Source of the DNA: Patescibacteria group bacterium
Lineage (GTDB): Bacteria > Omnitrophota > Gorgyraeia > Gygaellales > Profunditerraquicolaceae
Length of the DNA stretch: 64,000 bases
NCBI GenBank assembly: GCA_035506195.1
Contig: DATJPV010000048.1
Span: 2,011 to 66,010 of the forward strand
Direction: 5' to 3'
The translations under genes and the position numbers were made by a program. This document shows positions 47,329-56,716 of the stretch, piece by piece (positions within the stretch are counted from its first letter, which is position 1; every line of letters begins with the position of its first letter). The notes under the pieces are model-generated. The model ran no database searches. It was not told the origin of the DNA and saw only the letters and a program-made list of their open reading frames with translations.

Positions 47329-48483
47329 GTGAAACGGCTAAGCATTTTTTTCATTATCGTTGTATTGTGCGCAGGGGCTGTAGCGGTAGCGCTGCCGACG
47401 GTGGCGGCACACTATGCCTTGGGCCGGCTGCGGTCGGTTTTCCCCGGCGCCCAGGTAACCATAGGCGGCTGCCGTCATCGTTTCGCCGGATGGCTGGCGT
47501 TTTCGGATATCAACATCAAAAAAGGCCGCCTCTATGCGTTCTGCCTCAAGCAGCTGCGCATTGACTATAGCTTGCCCTTGCTGTTGCGCGGGGTCATCCC
47601 CGAGGTCGTCGTGCAGGGCGGCTCGGTCAATATTACTACCCCCGGTCAGCAACTCAGCCAGTTTTCCAAACAACTTGTCTTAGGCAGCGGCCGGGGCGCA
47701 AGCGTGCAGATCGCCTCCTGCCGGGTCTCGGATATCGATTGGGATATCGACACGCAGGATTGGCAGTGCAAGGGCAGTATTTCGGTAACAGCGCAACCGC
47801 TGGCATTGCGTCTGGTAGGTCTGCGGCTTGCCTGCGCCTACCTCCAAGGCCAGGGCCTGCGCCTGGATGATGTATTTCTCAAGGTTGACCGCGGCTCATC
47901 GCCGGGAGAAGTGCGCGTCGAGCGGCTGAAATACAACAAGGTCAAAATAGAACAGATCAAAGGCACGGTGGAGCTGACGGATAGACTCCTTTCCTTTAAA
48001 TCGGTAACCGGCCAGGCCCTCGGCGGCAGCCTGACCGCCGACCTTGACCTTCAGATCGACAAGAACCCGTCATACCGTGCCAGGCTATCCGCTTCCCAGG
48101 TGGCCCTGGAGCGGATCACCGGCGACCTCGAGCTGGGAGAAAAGGTCCAGATGCGCGGAAAATTTTCCGGCGCGCTGGAGCTGGCCGGCCAAAACCTTAC
48201 GATGCACAACGTCACGGGAGGTTTTTCCCTGACCGGCGGCGCAGGCAACCTTACCATTAAAGATACCGACATGCTGCAGCGCCTGGCCCAGAATAACCAG
48301 CAGTCCATGGATATCCTGGTGGAAAATTTTAAAGATTACAATTTCGATACGGGCGTGGTAAAATTATTCCTTGATACACAGGGCGATCTGGTGCTTGCGG
48401 TTGACCTTGAAGGCAAAGCCGGCAAGCGCAATCTTGAAGTAGTAGTACACGACATGCAGTTTATCGGAAAGGGGGCACGATGA
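47329..48483 (+). CDS. N-terminally anchored periplasmic hypothetical protein (beta-rich)
   Basis: It has a single N-terminal TM then a soluble domain. An AsmA/YdbH-like function is possible but unsupported. Confidence 0.4.
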   Translation: MKRLSIFFIIVVLCAGAVAVALPTVAAHYALGRLRSVFPGAQVTIGGCRHRFAGWLAFSDINIKKGRLYAFCLKQLRIDYSLPLLLRGVIPEVVVQGGSVNITTPGQQLSQFSKQLVLGSGRGASVQIASCRVSDIDWDIDTQDWQCKGSISVTAQPLALRLVGLRLACAYLQGQGLRLDDVFLKVDRGSSPGEVRVERLKYNKVKIEQIKGTVELTDRLLSFKSVTGQALGGSLTADLDLQIDKNPSYRARLSASQVALERITGDLELGEKVQMRGKFSGALELAGQNLTMHNVTGGFSLTGGAGNLTIKDTDMLQRLAQNNQQSMDILVENFKDYNFDTGVVKLFLDTQGDLVLAVDLEGKAGKRNLEVVVHDMQFIGKGAR

Positions 48484-49040
48484 GAGTCTATTCTTTCGTA
48501 GCGGTGGGTTTGCTTTTGCTGTGGGTAGGCTGTGCGCGGGTAAGGGTGGAGGCTCCGAAAGAGCCTATCAAGGTAGATATCTCCATGCGCCTGGATATCT
48601 ATCAGCACGTGCAGAACGACCTCAACGATATCGAAAACATGGTTTCCGGCAAAGACAAGCACAGTTTGCTTGAGTACATTACGGCTACCGCCTATGCCCA
48701 GGAAGGCTTCTCTTCCGAGGTGGAACAGGCAGCCGGCCGGCGCAAAGACAGAAAGGCCGAGATCGTCTCCTGGGAGAGCAAGAAGGTGATCGGCGAGAAC
48801 AGGATGGGACTGCTTGAGGTCAGGGATGCCGCTTCGGCGGATGCCGGCGTCAACAGCCTCGTCAGCAAAGAGAACAGCGACCGCATGGTCATCTACCGCG
48901 CCGTCGCCGCCAAGAACGGCGTTGCCGTCGACCAGGTCCAGAAGATGCACGCCAAACGCCTGCAGTCGGACGCTCCGGCAGGCACGCCCATCGAAGTGCT
49001 CGATGCATCAGGGGGCCAATACCAGTGGAAGTCCCGGTAG
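48480..49040 (+). CDS. putative lipoprotein
   Basis: It has a lipobox LLWVGCA and is translationally coupled to the upstream gene. Confidence 0.4.
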   Translation: MRVYSFVAVGLLLLWVGCARVRVEAPKEPIKVDISMRLDIYQHVQNDLNDIENMVSGKDKHSLLEYITATAYAQEGFSSEVEQAAGRRKDRKAEIVSWESKKVIGENRMGLLEVRDAASADAGVNSLVSKENSDRMVIYRAVAAKNGVAVDQVQKMHAKRLQSDAPAGTPIEVLDASGGQYQWKSR

Positions 49041-49063
49041 CGTTCCTGCGCGTAAAAAAGTAA

Positions 49064-49091
49064 TTGCAGAAACCTTTTTTTATTGTATAAT
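49064..49091 (+). promoter_or_regulatory. sigma70 consensus-like promoter TTGCAG-N16-TATAAT for the OmpA-LysM gene (near-leaderless)
   Basis: TTGCAG is at 49064-49069 and TATAAT at 49086-49091. The ATG at 49102 is ~4 nt after the predicted TSS. Confidence 0.45.
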
Positions 49092-49101
49092 GGAGAATAC
49101 T

Positions 49102-50064
49102 ATGTATACGAAAAGATATGCGACACTAGCGATCAGTTGTGCGGCGCTGTTGTGTGTTCTGTCGTCCTCCTGGGTATTGGCCGCTCAAGGCCCGGAGGAA
49201 AAGAAGAAGGAAGAACAGGCGCTGCAAGAGCGTTTTAAGTGGTGGCCCACCGATGCCCAGCCTGCTCCGGTAAAGGATCAGGAAAGGGGAGGATACTGGT
49301 GGTGGCCTCAGCAGCCCGGCCAGGTAGGCCCCCTGTGGGGCAACCGCGGTTACTGCTATGTGCGCAAGCTCATCTTCGATTATAAGGAAGAGGAGCTTCC
49401 TCCTCCCAAGCCGCAGGAACTCAGGCCTTCGCTTTTGATCAAAAAGATCATTAAGAACGTCAAGGTCTATTTCGACTACGATAAAGCCGACATCAGGGAC
49501 GATACTTCCTCTATTTTGAGGCAGGCGGCCAAGTCCTTAAAGAGCAATCCCGAAGCCAGCATCTTGATCACCGGCAATTGCGACGCGCGCGGCTCCGAGT
49601 CTTATAATCTAAAGCTCGGTAAACAGCGGGCCCAGGCAGTCAGGCAGTTCATTCTGGACCAGGGGATACCCGAAGAAAGGATACGCATCGTCAGCCGCGG
49701 CAAGCTTGACGCGGTAGCGCCGGTCAAAGACCTGGTGGGGATGCAGAAAGACCGCAATGCCCAATTCATGATCGCCGAGGTCGAAGAGGTCATGATCCCT
49801 TATACGGGACAACCGCCCACGCCCGAAGCCCAGCCGATCGAGGAGGGCAAGTACCTTCAGGAAACCAAAGAAGAGGTTACCGGCCAGATCAAGGTCTCGA
49901 CCAAAGATTACGTAGTGCAGAAAGGCGATACCTTATGGAAGATCGCGGAGAAGGAATACGGGAAGCCTTACCGCTGGAAATATCTTTACGAGCTCAATAA
50001 AGACAAGGTCAAAAATCCCAACAAGCTCAAGGTCGGTCAGACACTAACCATCCCGGTCGAATAA
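49102..50064 (+). CDS. OmpA-family peptidoglycan-binding protein with C-terminal LysM domain
   Basis: It has a signal peptide. The OmpA_C motif is ILITGNCDARGSESYNLKLGKQRAQAV, and the LysM domain is YVVQKGDTLWKIAEKEYG...L.ELN. The track ORF 48814-50064 is the same frame extended upstream. Confidence 0.75.
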   Translation: MYTKRYATLAISCAALLCVLSSSWVLAAQGPEEKKKEEQALQERFKWWPTDAQPAPVKDQERGGYWWWPQQPGQVGPLWGNRGYCYVRKLIFDYKEEELPPPKPQELRPSLLIKKIIKNVKVYFDYDKADIRDDTSSILRQAAKSLKSNPEASILITGNCDARGSESYNLKLGKQRAQAVRQFILDQGIPEERIRIVSRGKLDAVAPVKDLVGMQKDRNAQFMIAEVEEVMIPYTGQPPTPEAQPIEEGKYLQETKEEVTGQIKVSTKDYVVQKGDTLWKIAEKEYGKPYRWKYLYELNKDKVKNPNKLKVGQTLTIPVE

Positions 50065-50080
50065 TCTAACGACATTCTGT

Positions 50081-50572
50081 ATGAGTGCGCAGCGTGCGAG
50101 TGATATGACTCTGTCTCGGTTATTGAAAGAGAAGTTCATCAATTTAGAATTACAGGGTACCGACAAGAACGAAGTTATTACTGAATTGGTCGACCTTATC
50201 GCCAAATCCGGCAAGATCAAGAACAAGAAGGCGTGCGTGCGTTCGGTGCTGGAGCGCGAAAAGCTTGGCTCGACGGGGATAGGTAACGGGGTCGCCATAC
50301 CGCACGCAAAATCAAAGTCTGTACGCGACTTTATCCTGGCCTTTGCCCGCAAGGATGACGGTATCGATTTCGGGGCCCTGGACGGGGAGAAGTCTTATCT
50401 GTTTTTTACTCTCGCCTCTCCCGAAGACGAGGTCGGAGGGCACTTAAAGATACTGGCTGAAATATCCCGCCTGGTAAAGGATAAGTTCATCGTCGATCTT
50501 TTACGCAGGGCAAAGACCAAAAAAGAGATCCTGAAGATCGTTACCGGGATAAGCAGCCAGTCTACGCATTAA
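50081..50572 (+). CDS. ptsN: PTS EIIA(Ntr)-type (fructose/mannitol-family IIA) protein, PtsN-like
   Basis: It has the phospho-His region GIGNGVAIPHAK and an overall PtsN-like length and composition. Confidence 0.7.
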   Translation: MSAQRASDMTLSRLLKEKFINLELQGTDKNEVITELVDLIAKSGKIKNKKACVRSVLEREKLGSTGIGNGVAIPHAKSKSVRDFILAFARKDDGIDFGALDGEKSYLFFTLASPEDEVGGHLKILAEISRLVKDKFIVDLLRRAKTKKEILKIVTGISSQSTH

Positions 50573-50618
50573 GCATCCGCCTCGCGCCTTTTGCACCAGA
50601 CCAACAACATACACGGAT

Positions 50619-51806
50619 ATGTATAAAAAAATAGCGGTGTGCCTGTTTTTTACGCTGTTGGGCTCCTGCGGCCTGCCGTACGCATACGGGCAGCAACAGC
50701 AAGCAAAGCTGCCTACGCTCATGGTCTTCTATTCCTTAAGCTGCCATCGTTGCGAAGAGCTAAGGAGTCAGGTGCTCCCCGCGATCGAAAAGAAATTCGC
50801 CGGTAAGGTCAATGTCGCGTATTTTGAGATCGGAGATATCCAGAATTATAAATTATTGGTGGGCCTGAAAGAAAAACACGGCGTGAAGGGCTCTCAGGCC
50901 CTGCCGGTATTCTACTTCCAGGGGCACTTTCTGTCAGGAGAAGGGGATGTGCGGGCCGCCCTGGAGTGGCTGCTGAGCGCTTCTTCCGGCCAGGCCCAGG
51001 CTGCGCCGGATGCGGAAAATATCGACCTGGTCGCGCATTTTAAAAGTTTTGCGCCCCTGGCGGTAGTCAGCGCCGGCCTCATCGACGGGATAAACCCCTG
51101 CGCCTTTACGGTCATTGTCTTCTTTATCTCTTTTCTTGCCCTGCAGGGGTACCGCAGGAGGCAGCTGGCGGCGATCGGTTTGGTCTTTATCCTGGCGGTC
51201 TTCCTGACTTACCTGTTGATCGGGGTGGGGTTGTTCAGCTTTTTGTACCAGTTCCGGCATTTCTGGATTTTTGTGAAAGCGTTCAATCTTTCCGTGGGCG
51301 TTTTAAGCCTGCTGCTGGGCGTATTGGCTGTGTACGACCTCGTTAGGTTTAAGAAGACAAAGCAGACCGACGGCATGGCCCTGCAATTGCCGCAGGCGGT
51401 TAAAAATCAGATCCATGCGGTTATCGGCCGTTATTACCGCCGGGGCAAGGAAAACGGCCAGGTCATTCCTGTCGCCGACCGGCCTCTGGCCCCTTTACTG
51501 GCCAGCGCCCTGGTGACCGGCTTCCTGGTTTCTATCCTGGAGGCGGTATGCACCGGGCAGGTGTATCTGCCGACGATAACGTTTGTAATGAAGACCTCGT
51601 CCTTAAAAATACAAGCCCTGGGGTATCTGGTGCTGTATAATGCGATGTTCATTGCGCCGCTGGTGGCAATATTCCTCTTTGCGCTGTTAGGGGTTACTTC
51701 CGCCAAGTTCTCCGACGTGCTGCGCCGAAATTTCCTGGCGGTAAAGATCCTCATGGCGGTTTTATTTTTCAGCCTGGGAGCTTTCTTGCTTCTGGGGAAA
51801 GGGTAG
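50619..51806 (+). CDS. thioredoxin-like domain fused to DsbD/CcdA-type thiol:disulfide transporter membrane domain
   Basis: There is an N-terminal soluble part with CHRC (CxxC). The TM core has GINPCAF and a second conserved Cys in LEAVCTGQ. Confidence 0.55.
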   Translation: MYKKIAVCLFFTLLGSCGLPYAYGQQQQAKLPTLMVFYSLSCHRCEELRSQVLPAIEKKFAGKVNVAYFEIGDIQNYKLLVGLKEKHGVKGSQALPVFYFQGHFLSGEGDVRAALEWLLSASSGQAQAAPDAENIDLVAHFKSFAPLAVVSAGLIDGINPCAFTVIVFFISFLALQGYRRRQLAAIGLVFILAVFLTYLLIGVGLFSFLYQFRHFWIFVKAFNLSVGVLSLLLGVLAVYDLVRFKKTKQTDGMALQLPQAVKNQIHAVIGRYYRRGKENGQVIPVADRPLAPLLASALVTGFLVSILEAVCTGQVYLPTITFVMKTSSLKIQALGYLVLYNAMFIAPLVAIFLFALLGVTSAKFSDVLRRNFLAVKILMAVLFFSLGAFLLLGKG

Positions 51807-51808
51807 AC

Positions 51809-52186
51809 ATGAAAAGGAACGGTTTATTGGCCGCGGCATTCCTGGCGTGTATGCTCGTAAGCTCTTATGCGCAGTCAGAGGACCCCTACCTTTGGGATTT
51901 CGGCCGCGTCAGGCCGGCTCAAGTGCTGACGCATACTTTTATGCTGAAGAATGAAACGGGACAACCCCTGACGATCAAGGATATCAGCACTTCCTGCGGA
52001 TGCACCGCTTTCCGGGCGACCAAGACACTGCTTGCTCCCGGAGAAAGCACCGCGATCGAGGTCACCTTTAATACGAAAGGATACTCAGGGCATACTTCGC
52101 AGTTCGTCTATGTGTATACCGATGCGCTTAACAATTCGGTCATTAAATTCACCGTTACCGCGACGATAACGATGGAGGTACAGTAG
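51809..52186 (+). CDS. DUF1573-domain secreted protein
   Basis: It has a signal peptide, and the pair LWDFG...ISTSCGCT is typical of DUF1573 (PVC-abundant). Confidence 0.6.
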   Translation: MKRNGLLAAAFLACMLVSSYAQSEDPYLWDFGRVRPAQVLTHTFMLKNETGQPLTIKDISTSCGCTAFRATKTLLAPGESTAIEVTFNTKGYSGHTSQFVYVYTDALNNSVIKFTVTATITMEVQ

Positions 52187-52207
52187 ATTTGTCCTGGCTC
52201 GCACCAT

Positions 52208-52307
52208 GCGTCAAAATTTCCTACGGTCCCCTTACGAAGACAGGTAATTTTGACGCGTTCGCCAGGATTTCGCTAAACAAAAGCTTTAGGTGCTCAAGGA
52301 GGTCAGA
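52208..52307 (+). promoter_or_regulatory. repeated intergenic leader element, copy B: hairpin (GCGTCAAAATT/AATTTTGACGC, 27-nt loop) + TCGCCAGGATTTCGCT box + SD
   Basis: The box lies at 52259-52274, and the SD CAAGGAGG is followed by the htpX ATG at 52308. Confidence 0.45.
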
Positions 52308-53270
52308 ATGTTTTTTCTAAAACTAAGGATGTGGCTTCTGGTTACGGTACTTTTTGCGATCATCTATGCCGTTATCACGATGCTCGGCACGTCTATGGGT
52401 TTTGGCGGGTTCTATTTTTACCTGGCCATATCGCTGGCAATGATGCTGCTGCAGTATATGATCGGGCCAAAGATCGTGGAATGGACCATGCAGGTCAAGT
52501 ACGTGCGCCGGCAGGAATACCCGCGCCTGTTCCAGATGGTGGAAAGCCTGGCCAACAAGGCCGGGATCCCCGTGCCGAAGATCGGCATAGCCCAGATTGC
52601 CATCCCCAACGCCTTTGCTTTCGGCCGCGGCGTCAATGACGGTCGCGTCTGCGTCACCGAGGGCATCCTGCGGCTCCTGGATGAAAATGAGCTCAGGGCA
52701 GTGCTGGGCCACGAGCTTACGCACCTGAAAAACCGCGATGTCCTGACCATTACCCTGCTTTCGGTCATCCCGATGATCCTGTACCGCATCGCCTGGAATT
52801 TCCTGTTTTTCGGCCGCCGGCGCGATGAGCGGGGCAGCAATACCGTATTGATCGGCCTGGTCGCCTTTTTATTCTACTTTATCACCAATCTTCTGGTGCT
52901 GTACGCCTCGCGCATCCGCGAATATTTTGCCGATAGAGGCTCGGTATTGCTCGGCAACAGCCCTTCCGCCCTTGCCTCCAGCCTCTATAAACTGGTATAC
53001 GGTTCGGCGCGCATGGACCAGGAGACCCTGAAGGAGACCGAAGGGCTCAAAGCCTTCTTTGTCAACGATCCTTCTCAGGCGTTGAATGAGATCAAAGAGC
53101 TCAGGCAGCTTGACCTGGATAAAAGCGGGACCCTTGACCCGAATGAGCTGGCCCTTTTGCGCAGTAAAACCATACGTTTGAGCTTTGGAGACAAGATGCT
53201 TGAGCTTTTGAGCACCCATCCGAATATGCTTAAGCGCATCAAAAGGCTCTCTGAATATCCCAGAGCTTAA
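52308..53270 (+). CDS. htpX: M48-family zinc protease HtpX
   Basis: It has the HExxH motif LGHELTHLKNRD and 4 TM helices. The track ORF 52290-53270 is the same frame extended upstream. Confidence 0.85.
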   Translation: MFFLKLRMWLLVTVLFAIIYAVITMLGTSMGFGGFYFYLAISLAMMLLQYMIGPKIVEWTMQVKYVRRQEYPRLFQMVESLANKAGIPVPKIGIAQIAIPNAFAFGRGVNDGRVCVTEGILRLLDENELRAVLGHELTHLKNRDVLTITLLSVIPMILYRIAWNFLFFGRRRDERGSNTVLIGLVAFLFYFITNLLVLYASRIREYFADRGSVLLGNSPSALASSLYKLVYGSARMDQETLKETEGLKAFFVNDPSQALNEIKELRQLDLDKSGTLDPNELALLRSKTIRLSFGDKMLELLSTHPNMLKRIKRLSEYPRA

Positions 53271-53291
53271 ATCCGGAATGTAGGCCCTACA

Positions 53292-53328
53292 GGGGACGCT
53301 TTTCTCTCGGCAGAAGCGTCCCCTTTTC
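53292..53328 (+). terminator. rho-independent terminator after htpX
   Basis: A perfect 10-bp stem GGGGACGCTT/AAGCGTCCCC (53292-53301 and 53314-53323) is followed by TTTT. Confidence 0.6.
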
Positions 53329-53329
53329 A

Positions 53330-53358
53330 TTGACATAACCCGAATTCTACTATATAAT
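53330..53358 (+). promoter_or_regulatory. perfect sigma70 consensus promoter TTGACA-N17-TATAAT for lysS (leaderless)
   Basis: TTGACA is at 53330-53335 and TATAAT at 53353-53358. The ATG at 53368 is ~3 nt from the predicted TSS and there is no SD. Confidence 0.55.
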
Positions 53359-53367
53359 TATAAAACT

Positions 53368-54810
53368 ATGGATATAAGTGAAATTATCCAGCAAAGAAAG
53401 CATAAATTGGATACGCTGGTGGCTAAAGGCGTGCCGGTCCACGCCGGTCCCTTTGAGGCCAGGGTCGACATTGCCGCAGCTTTGGCCGAATTTCAGGAAG
53501 GCAAAAAGGTTAGCCTTTCCGGCAGGATTATGGCCCAGCGTTCGCACGGCAAGGTCGTCTTCGCGGACCTGCGCGACGCTACTGCCCGCATCCAGTTGTA
53601 TTTGAAAGCCGATTTTCTGGGCCAGGAAAAGTTTGGGCTGCTTGAGAACTTGGACATCGCCGATATTATCGCCGTCAAGGGAGAGCTTTTTAAGACGCAC
53701 ACCGGAGAATTCACGGTCAAGGTAGAAGATTTTGCCATACTTGCCAAGTCCTTAAGGCCCCTGCCGGAGAAGTGGCACGGCCTCAAGGATGTGGAGGTGC
53801 GCTATCGCCAGCGGTATCTGGACCTGGTAGCCAACGAAGAGGTCAAAAAGGTATTCGTCCTGCGTTCCCGGATCATCAAGGCCGTCAGGGATTTTCTGGA
53901 TAGCCGGGGGTTCCTGGAAGTAGAGACCCCGATGATGCACGATATCGCCGGAGGCGCGGCAGGCAGGCCTTTCGAGACCTTCCACAACGAATACAAACGG
54001 CGGCTGTACCTGCGCATCGCCCCCGAGCTTTACCTGAAGCGCCTTCTGGTGGCAGGCCTTGACCGCGTATACGAGATAAACCGCAGCTTCCGTAACGAAG
54101 GGGTCTCTACCCGGCATAACCCGGAGTTCACCATGCTTGAGGTGTACTGGGCGTATGCCGACTACCATAGCATGATGCAGTTGACCGAAGAACTTTTTTC
54201 GACGGTAGCCGCGCAGGTGCTGGGTAGCACCCAGATCGCCTACCAGGGCAAGTCCATTGACCTGACGCCGCCCTGGACCAGGCGCTCCTTTGCGCAGATG
54301 GTCAAAGAGAAGTTCGGGATATCTGCCGATGACGAAGCGGCTCAGATGTTGCAAAAACTGCAGGCCAAGGGTTTTGCCAAAGACAAAAGCCGGCTGACCC
54401 GTTCCCAGGTAGCCAAGATCATCGAAGACCTCCTGGAGCAGGACATGAGCATGAATCCGACCTTTGTGACGGATTATTTTACCAGCCTGTGCCCCTTAGC
54501 CAGGACCAGGAAAGACGACCCGTTGATCTCGGAGCGTTTCGAGCTTTATATCGCCGGCCTTGAAGTGGCGAATGCCTACTCCGAATTGAACGACCCCCTG
54601 GAACAGCGCCGGCGTTTTGAAGAAGAGATCAAAGACGCTCCGGCAGAAGAAAAAAAGTGCGTTGACGAAGAGTATGTGACCGCCCTGGAACACGGCATGC
54701 CTTGCGCAGGCGGCCTGGGGGTGGGCATCGACCGCCTGGTGATGCTGCTTGCGGACCAGGCCTCGATCAGGGACGTGATCCTTTTCCCGCTCCTGCGTCC
54801 CGAGGCTTAA
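53368..54810 (+). CDS. lysS: lysine--tRNA ligase (class II)
   Basis: It has an N-terminal OB anticodon-binding domain and class II motifs (FRNEGVSTRHNPEFTMLE, GGLGVGIDRLVMLL). Confidence 0.9.
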   Translation: MDISEIIQQRKHKLDTLVAKGVPVHAGPFEARVDIAAALAEFQEGKKVSLSGRIMAQRSHGKVVFADLRDATARIQLYLKADFLGQEKFGLLENLDIADIIAVKGELFKTHTGEFTVKVEDFAILAKSLRPLPEKWHGLKDVEVRYRQRYLDLVANEEVKKVFVLRSRIIKAVRDFLDSRGFLEVETPMMHDIAGGAAGRPFETFHNEYKRRLYLRIAPELYLKRLLVAGLDRVYEINRSFRNEGVSTRHNPEFTMLEVYWAYADYHSMMQLTEELFSTVAAQVLGSTQIAYQGKSIDLTPPWTRRSFAQMVKEKFGISADDEAAQMLQKLQAKGFAKDKSRLTRSQVAKIIEDLLEQDMSMNPTFVTDYFTSLCPLARTRKDDPLISERFELYIAGLEVANAYSELNDPLEQRRRFEEEIKDAPAEEKKCVDEEYVTALEHGMPCAGGLGVGIDRLVMLLADQASIRDVILFPLLRPEA

Positions 54811-54816
54811 AAAGAA

Positions 54817-56013
54817 ATGAAGACCGAACTTTTTATAGGGTGGCGTTATCTGTTCACCAGGAGAAAAGAGAAATTCATTTCCCTGATCAGCGTCATTTCG
54901 ATCCTGGGGATCGCCATCGGCGTCTGCGCGCTTATCGTCGTTATCGGCGTGATGACCGGCTTTGACCGTGACCTGCATGACAAGATCATCGGCAATTACT
55001 CCCATATTTCGATATCCGGTTACGGAGGCATAGGCGCAAAAGAATACGACCGCATCATCCTGCAGGTGGCCCCGAACCCGCACGTAAAAGGCATCAGCCC
55101 TTACGTGCTGGGGCAGGTCCTGATCAAGGCCGACGGCAAATTTTTTCCCGTGACCATCAAAGGGATAAAGCCATATACAGAAACGCAGGTCACCAAGCTC
55201 AAAGACTATCTCATCCAGGGGAATATCGACCAGCTGCAGGCTGACCCCGAAGCGGTCTTTATCGGGAAAGAGCTGGCGGTGTCCCTGGGGATGACAGTCG
55301 GCTCGACGTTGACGGTCTATTCGCCCGTGGGCAAGCAACATACCTTGCGCGTGGCGGGCATATTTTATTCCCGGATGTACGATTACGACATGAACCTTGT
55401 CTTTACCCCGCTTGAGACCGCGCAGGCGATCCTCGGTGCCGGCGACAAGGTCAGCGTGGTGGCGGTAAGGCTGGATAATGCCTATGCCGCGGATAAGGTC
55501 AGAAAAGAATTAAGCGCGGCGGTAGGCTCGGAATATGCCTTGAAGACCTGGATCGAGATGAACCCGAATTTCTTCGCGGCATTGAAGCTTGAGAAGCTGA
55601 CGATGTTCATCATCCTGACGCTGATCGTGCTGGTAGCATCCTTTAATATCATCAGCACTCTCATCGTCATGGTCGTCGAGAAGACCAAGGATATCGGGGT
55701 ATTGAAGGCAGTGGGGATGAAAGCCTCGGGTATCCGCAGGATCTTTACGTATGCGGGCCTGATCATGGGCGTCCTGGGGACGCTTCTGGGCACTGCCGCA
55801 GGCCTGGGCCTGTGTTTGCTGTTGCAGCGCTACCAGTTCATCAAGCTGCCGCAGGACATATATTATATCGACAGCCTGCCGGTTTCCGTGCAGCTGTGGC
55901 CGGATATTATCCTGATCGTGCTGGCGGCGATGTGCATTACGCTGGTCTCGACTATCTATCCAGCGATTAAAGCTGCAAGCCTGAAGCCGGTGGATGCCTT
56001 AAGATACGAGTAA
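54817..56013 (+). CDS. lolE: lipoprotein-releasing system permease (LolC/LolE, FtsX-like)
   Basis: It has the FtsX/MacB-type topology, a conserved N-terminus MKTELFIGWRYLFTRRKEKFIS, and a C-terminal FtsX domain. Confidence 0.8.
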   Translation: MKTELFIGWRYLFTRRKEKFISLISVISILGIAIGVCALIVVIGVMTGFDRDLHDKIIGNYSHISISGYGGIGAKEYDRIILQVAPNPHVKGISPYVLGQVLIKADGKFFPVTIKGIKPYTETQVTKLKDYLIQGNIDQLQADPEAVFIGKELAVSLGMTVGSTLTVYSPVGKQHTLRVAGIFYSRMYDYDMNLVFTPLETAQAILGAGDKVSVVAVRLDNAYAADKVRKELSAAVGSEYALKTWIEMNPNFFAALKLEKLTMFIILTLIVLVASFNIISTLIVMVVEKTKDIGVLKAVGMKASGIRRIFTYAGLIMGVLGTLLGTAAGLGLCLLLQRYQFIKLPQDIYYIDSLPVSVQLWPDIILIVLAAMCITLVSTIYPAIKAASLKPVDALRYE

Positions 56014-56015
56014 CG

Positions 56016-56696
56016 GTGATGCCGCTTATCGAAGCAAGAAATGTCCATAAGGTGTATAATCACAGCGTCAAGGCCTTGCACGTCTTGCGCGGAGTCGACC
56101 TAAAAATAGAGCAGGCGGCTTTCATTGCCTTGGTCGGCCCTTCGGGCGCGGGCAAGTCGACCCTGCTGCATATACTCGGCGGCCTGGATAATCCCAGCCG
56201 CGGAGAGGTCGTCTTTGAGGGCCGCAACCTGTATGGCCTGCAAGACGCCGAGATTTGCCGGATACGCAACGGCAGTATCGGGTTTGTATTCCAGTTCTAT
56301 CATCTGCTGCCCGAGTTTACGGTGTTGGAAAACGTACTCCTGCCGGGGCTCATCAACTCTCAGGAGCGCGGCAATAGCGCGCAAGCGCACCGCGGCGCCC
56401 TTGAGCTGTTGCAGCAAGTGGGACTGGCCGCCAGGGCCGGCCATTTTCCGGCGCAGCTTTCCGGAGGGGAAAAGCAGCGGGTTGCGATCGCCCGGGCCCT
56501 GGTCAACGGCCCGCAGCTGCTCTTATGCGACGAACCGACAGGCAACCTTGATTCCGCCAATGGCAACGAGATCATCGCGCTCATCAAGCGCTTGAATAAA
56601 GAGAACCGCATGACGGTAGTGCTGGTGACGCATAACCCGGAACTGGCAAAGGCAGCGGACCATATTTATAGATTAAACGACGGAGTATTGGCGTGA
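56016..56696 (+). CDS. lolD: lipoprotein-releasing system ATP-binding protein
   Basis: It has Walker A GPSGAGKST, the signature LSGGEKQRVAIARAL and Walker B LLLCDEPTGNLD. Confidence 0.85.
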   Translation: MMPLIEARNVHKVYNHSVKALHVLRGVDLKIEQAAFIALVGPSGAGKSTLLHILGGLDNPSRGEVVFEGRNLYGLQDAEICRIRNGSIGFVFQFYHLLPEFTVLENVLLPGLINSQERGNSAQAHRGALELLQQVGLAARAGHFPAQLSGGEKQRVAIARALVNGPQLLLCDEPTGNLDSANGNEIIALIKRLNKENRMTVVLVTHNPELAKAADHIYRLNDGVLA

Positions 56697-56716
56697 TGCT
56701 CAGCCTGACTCACGCG

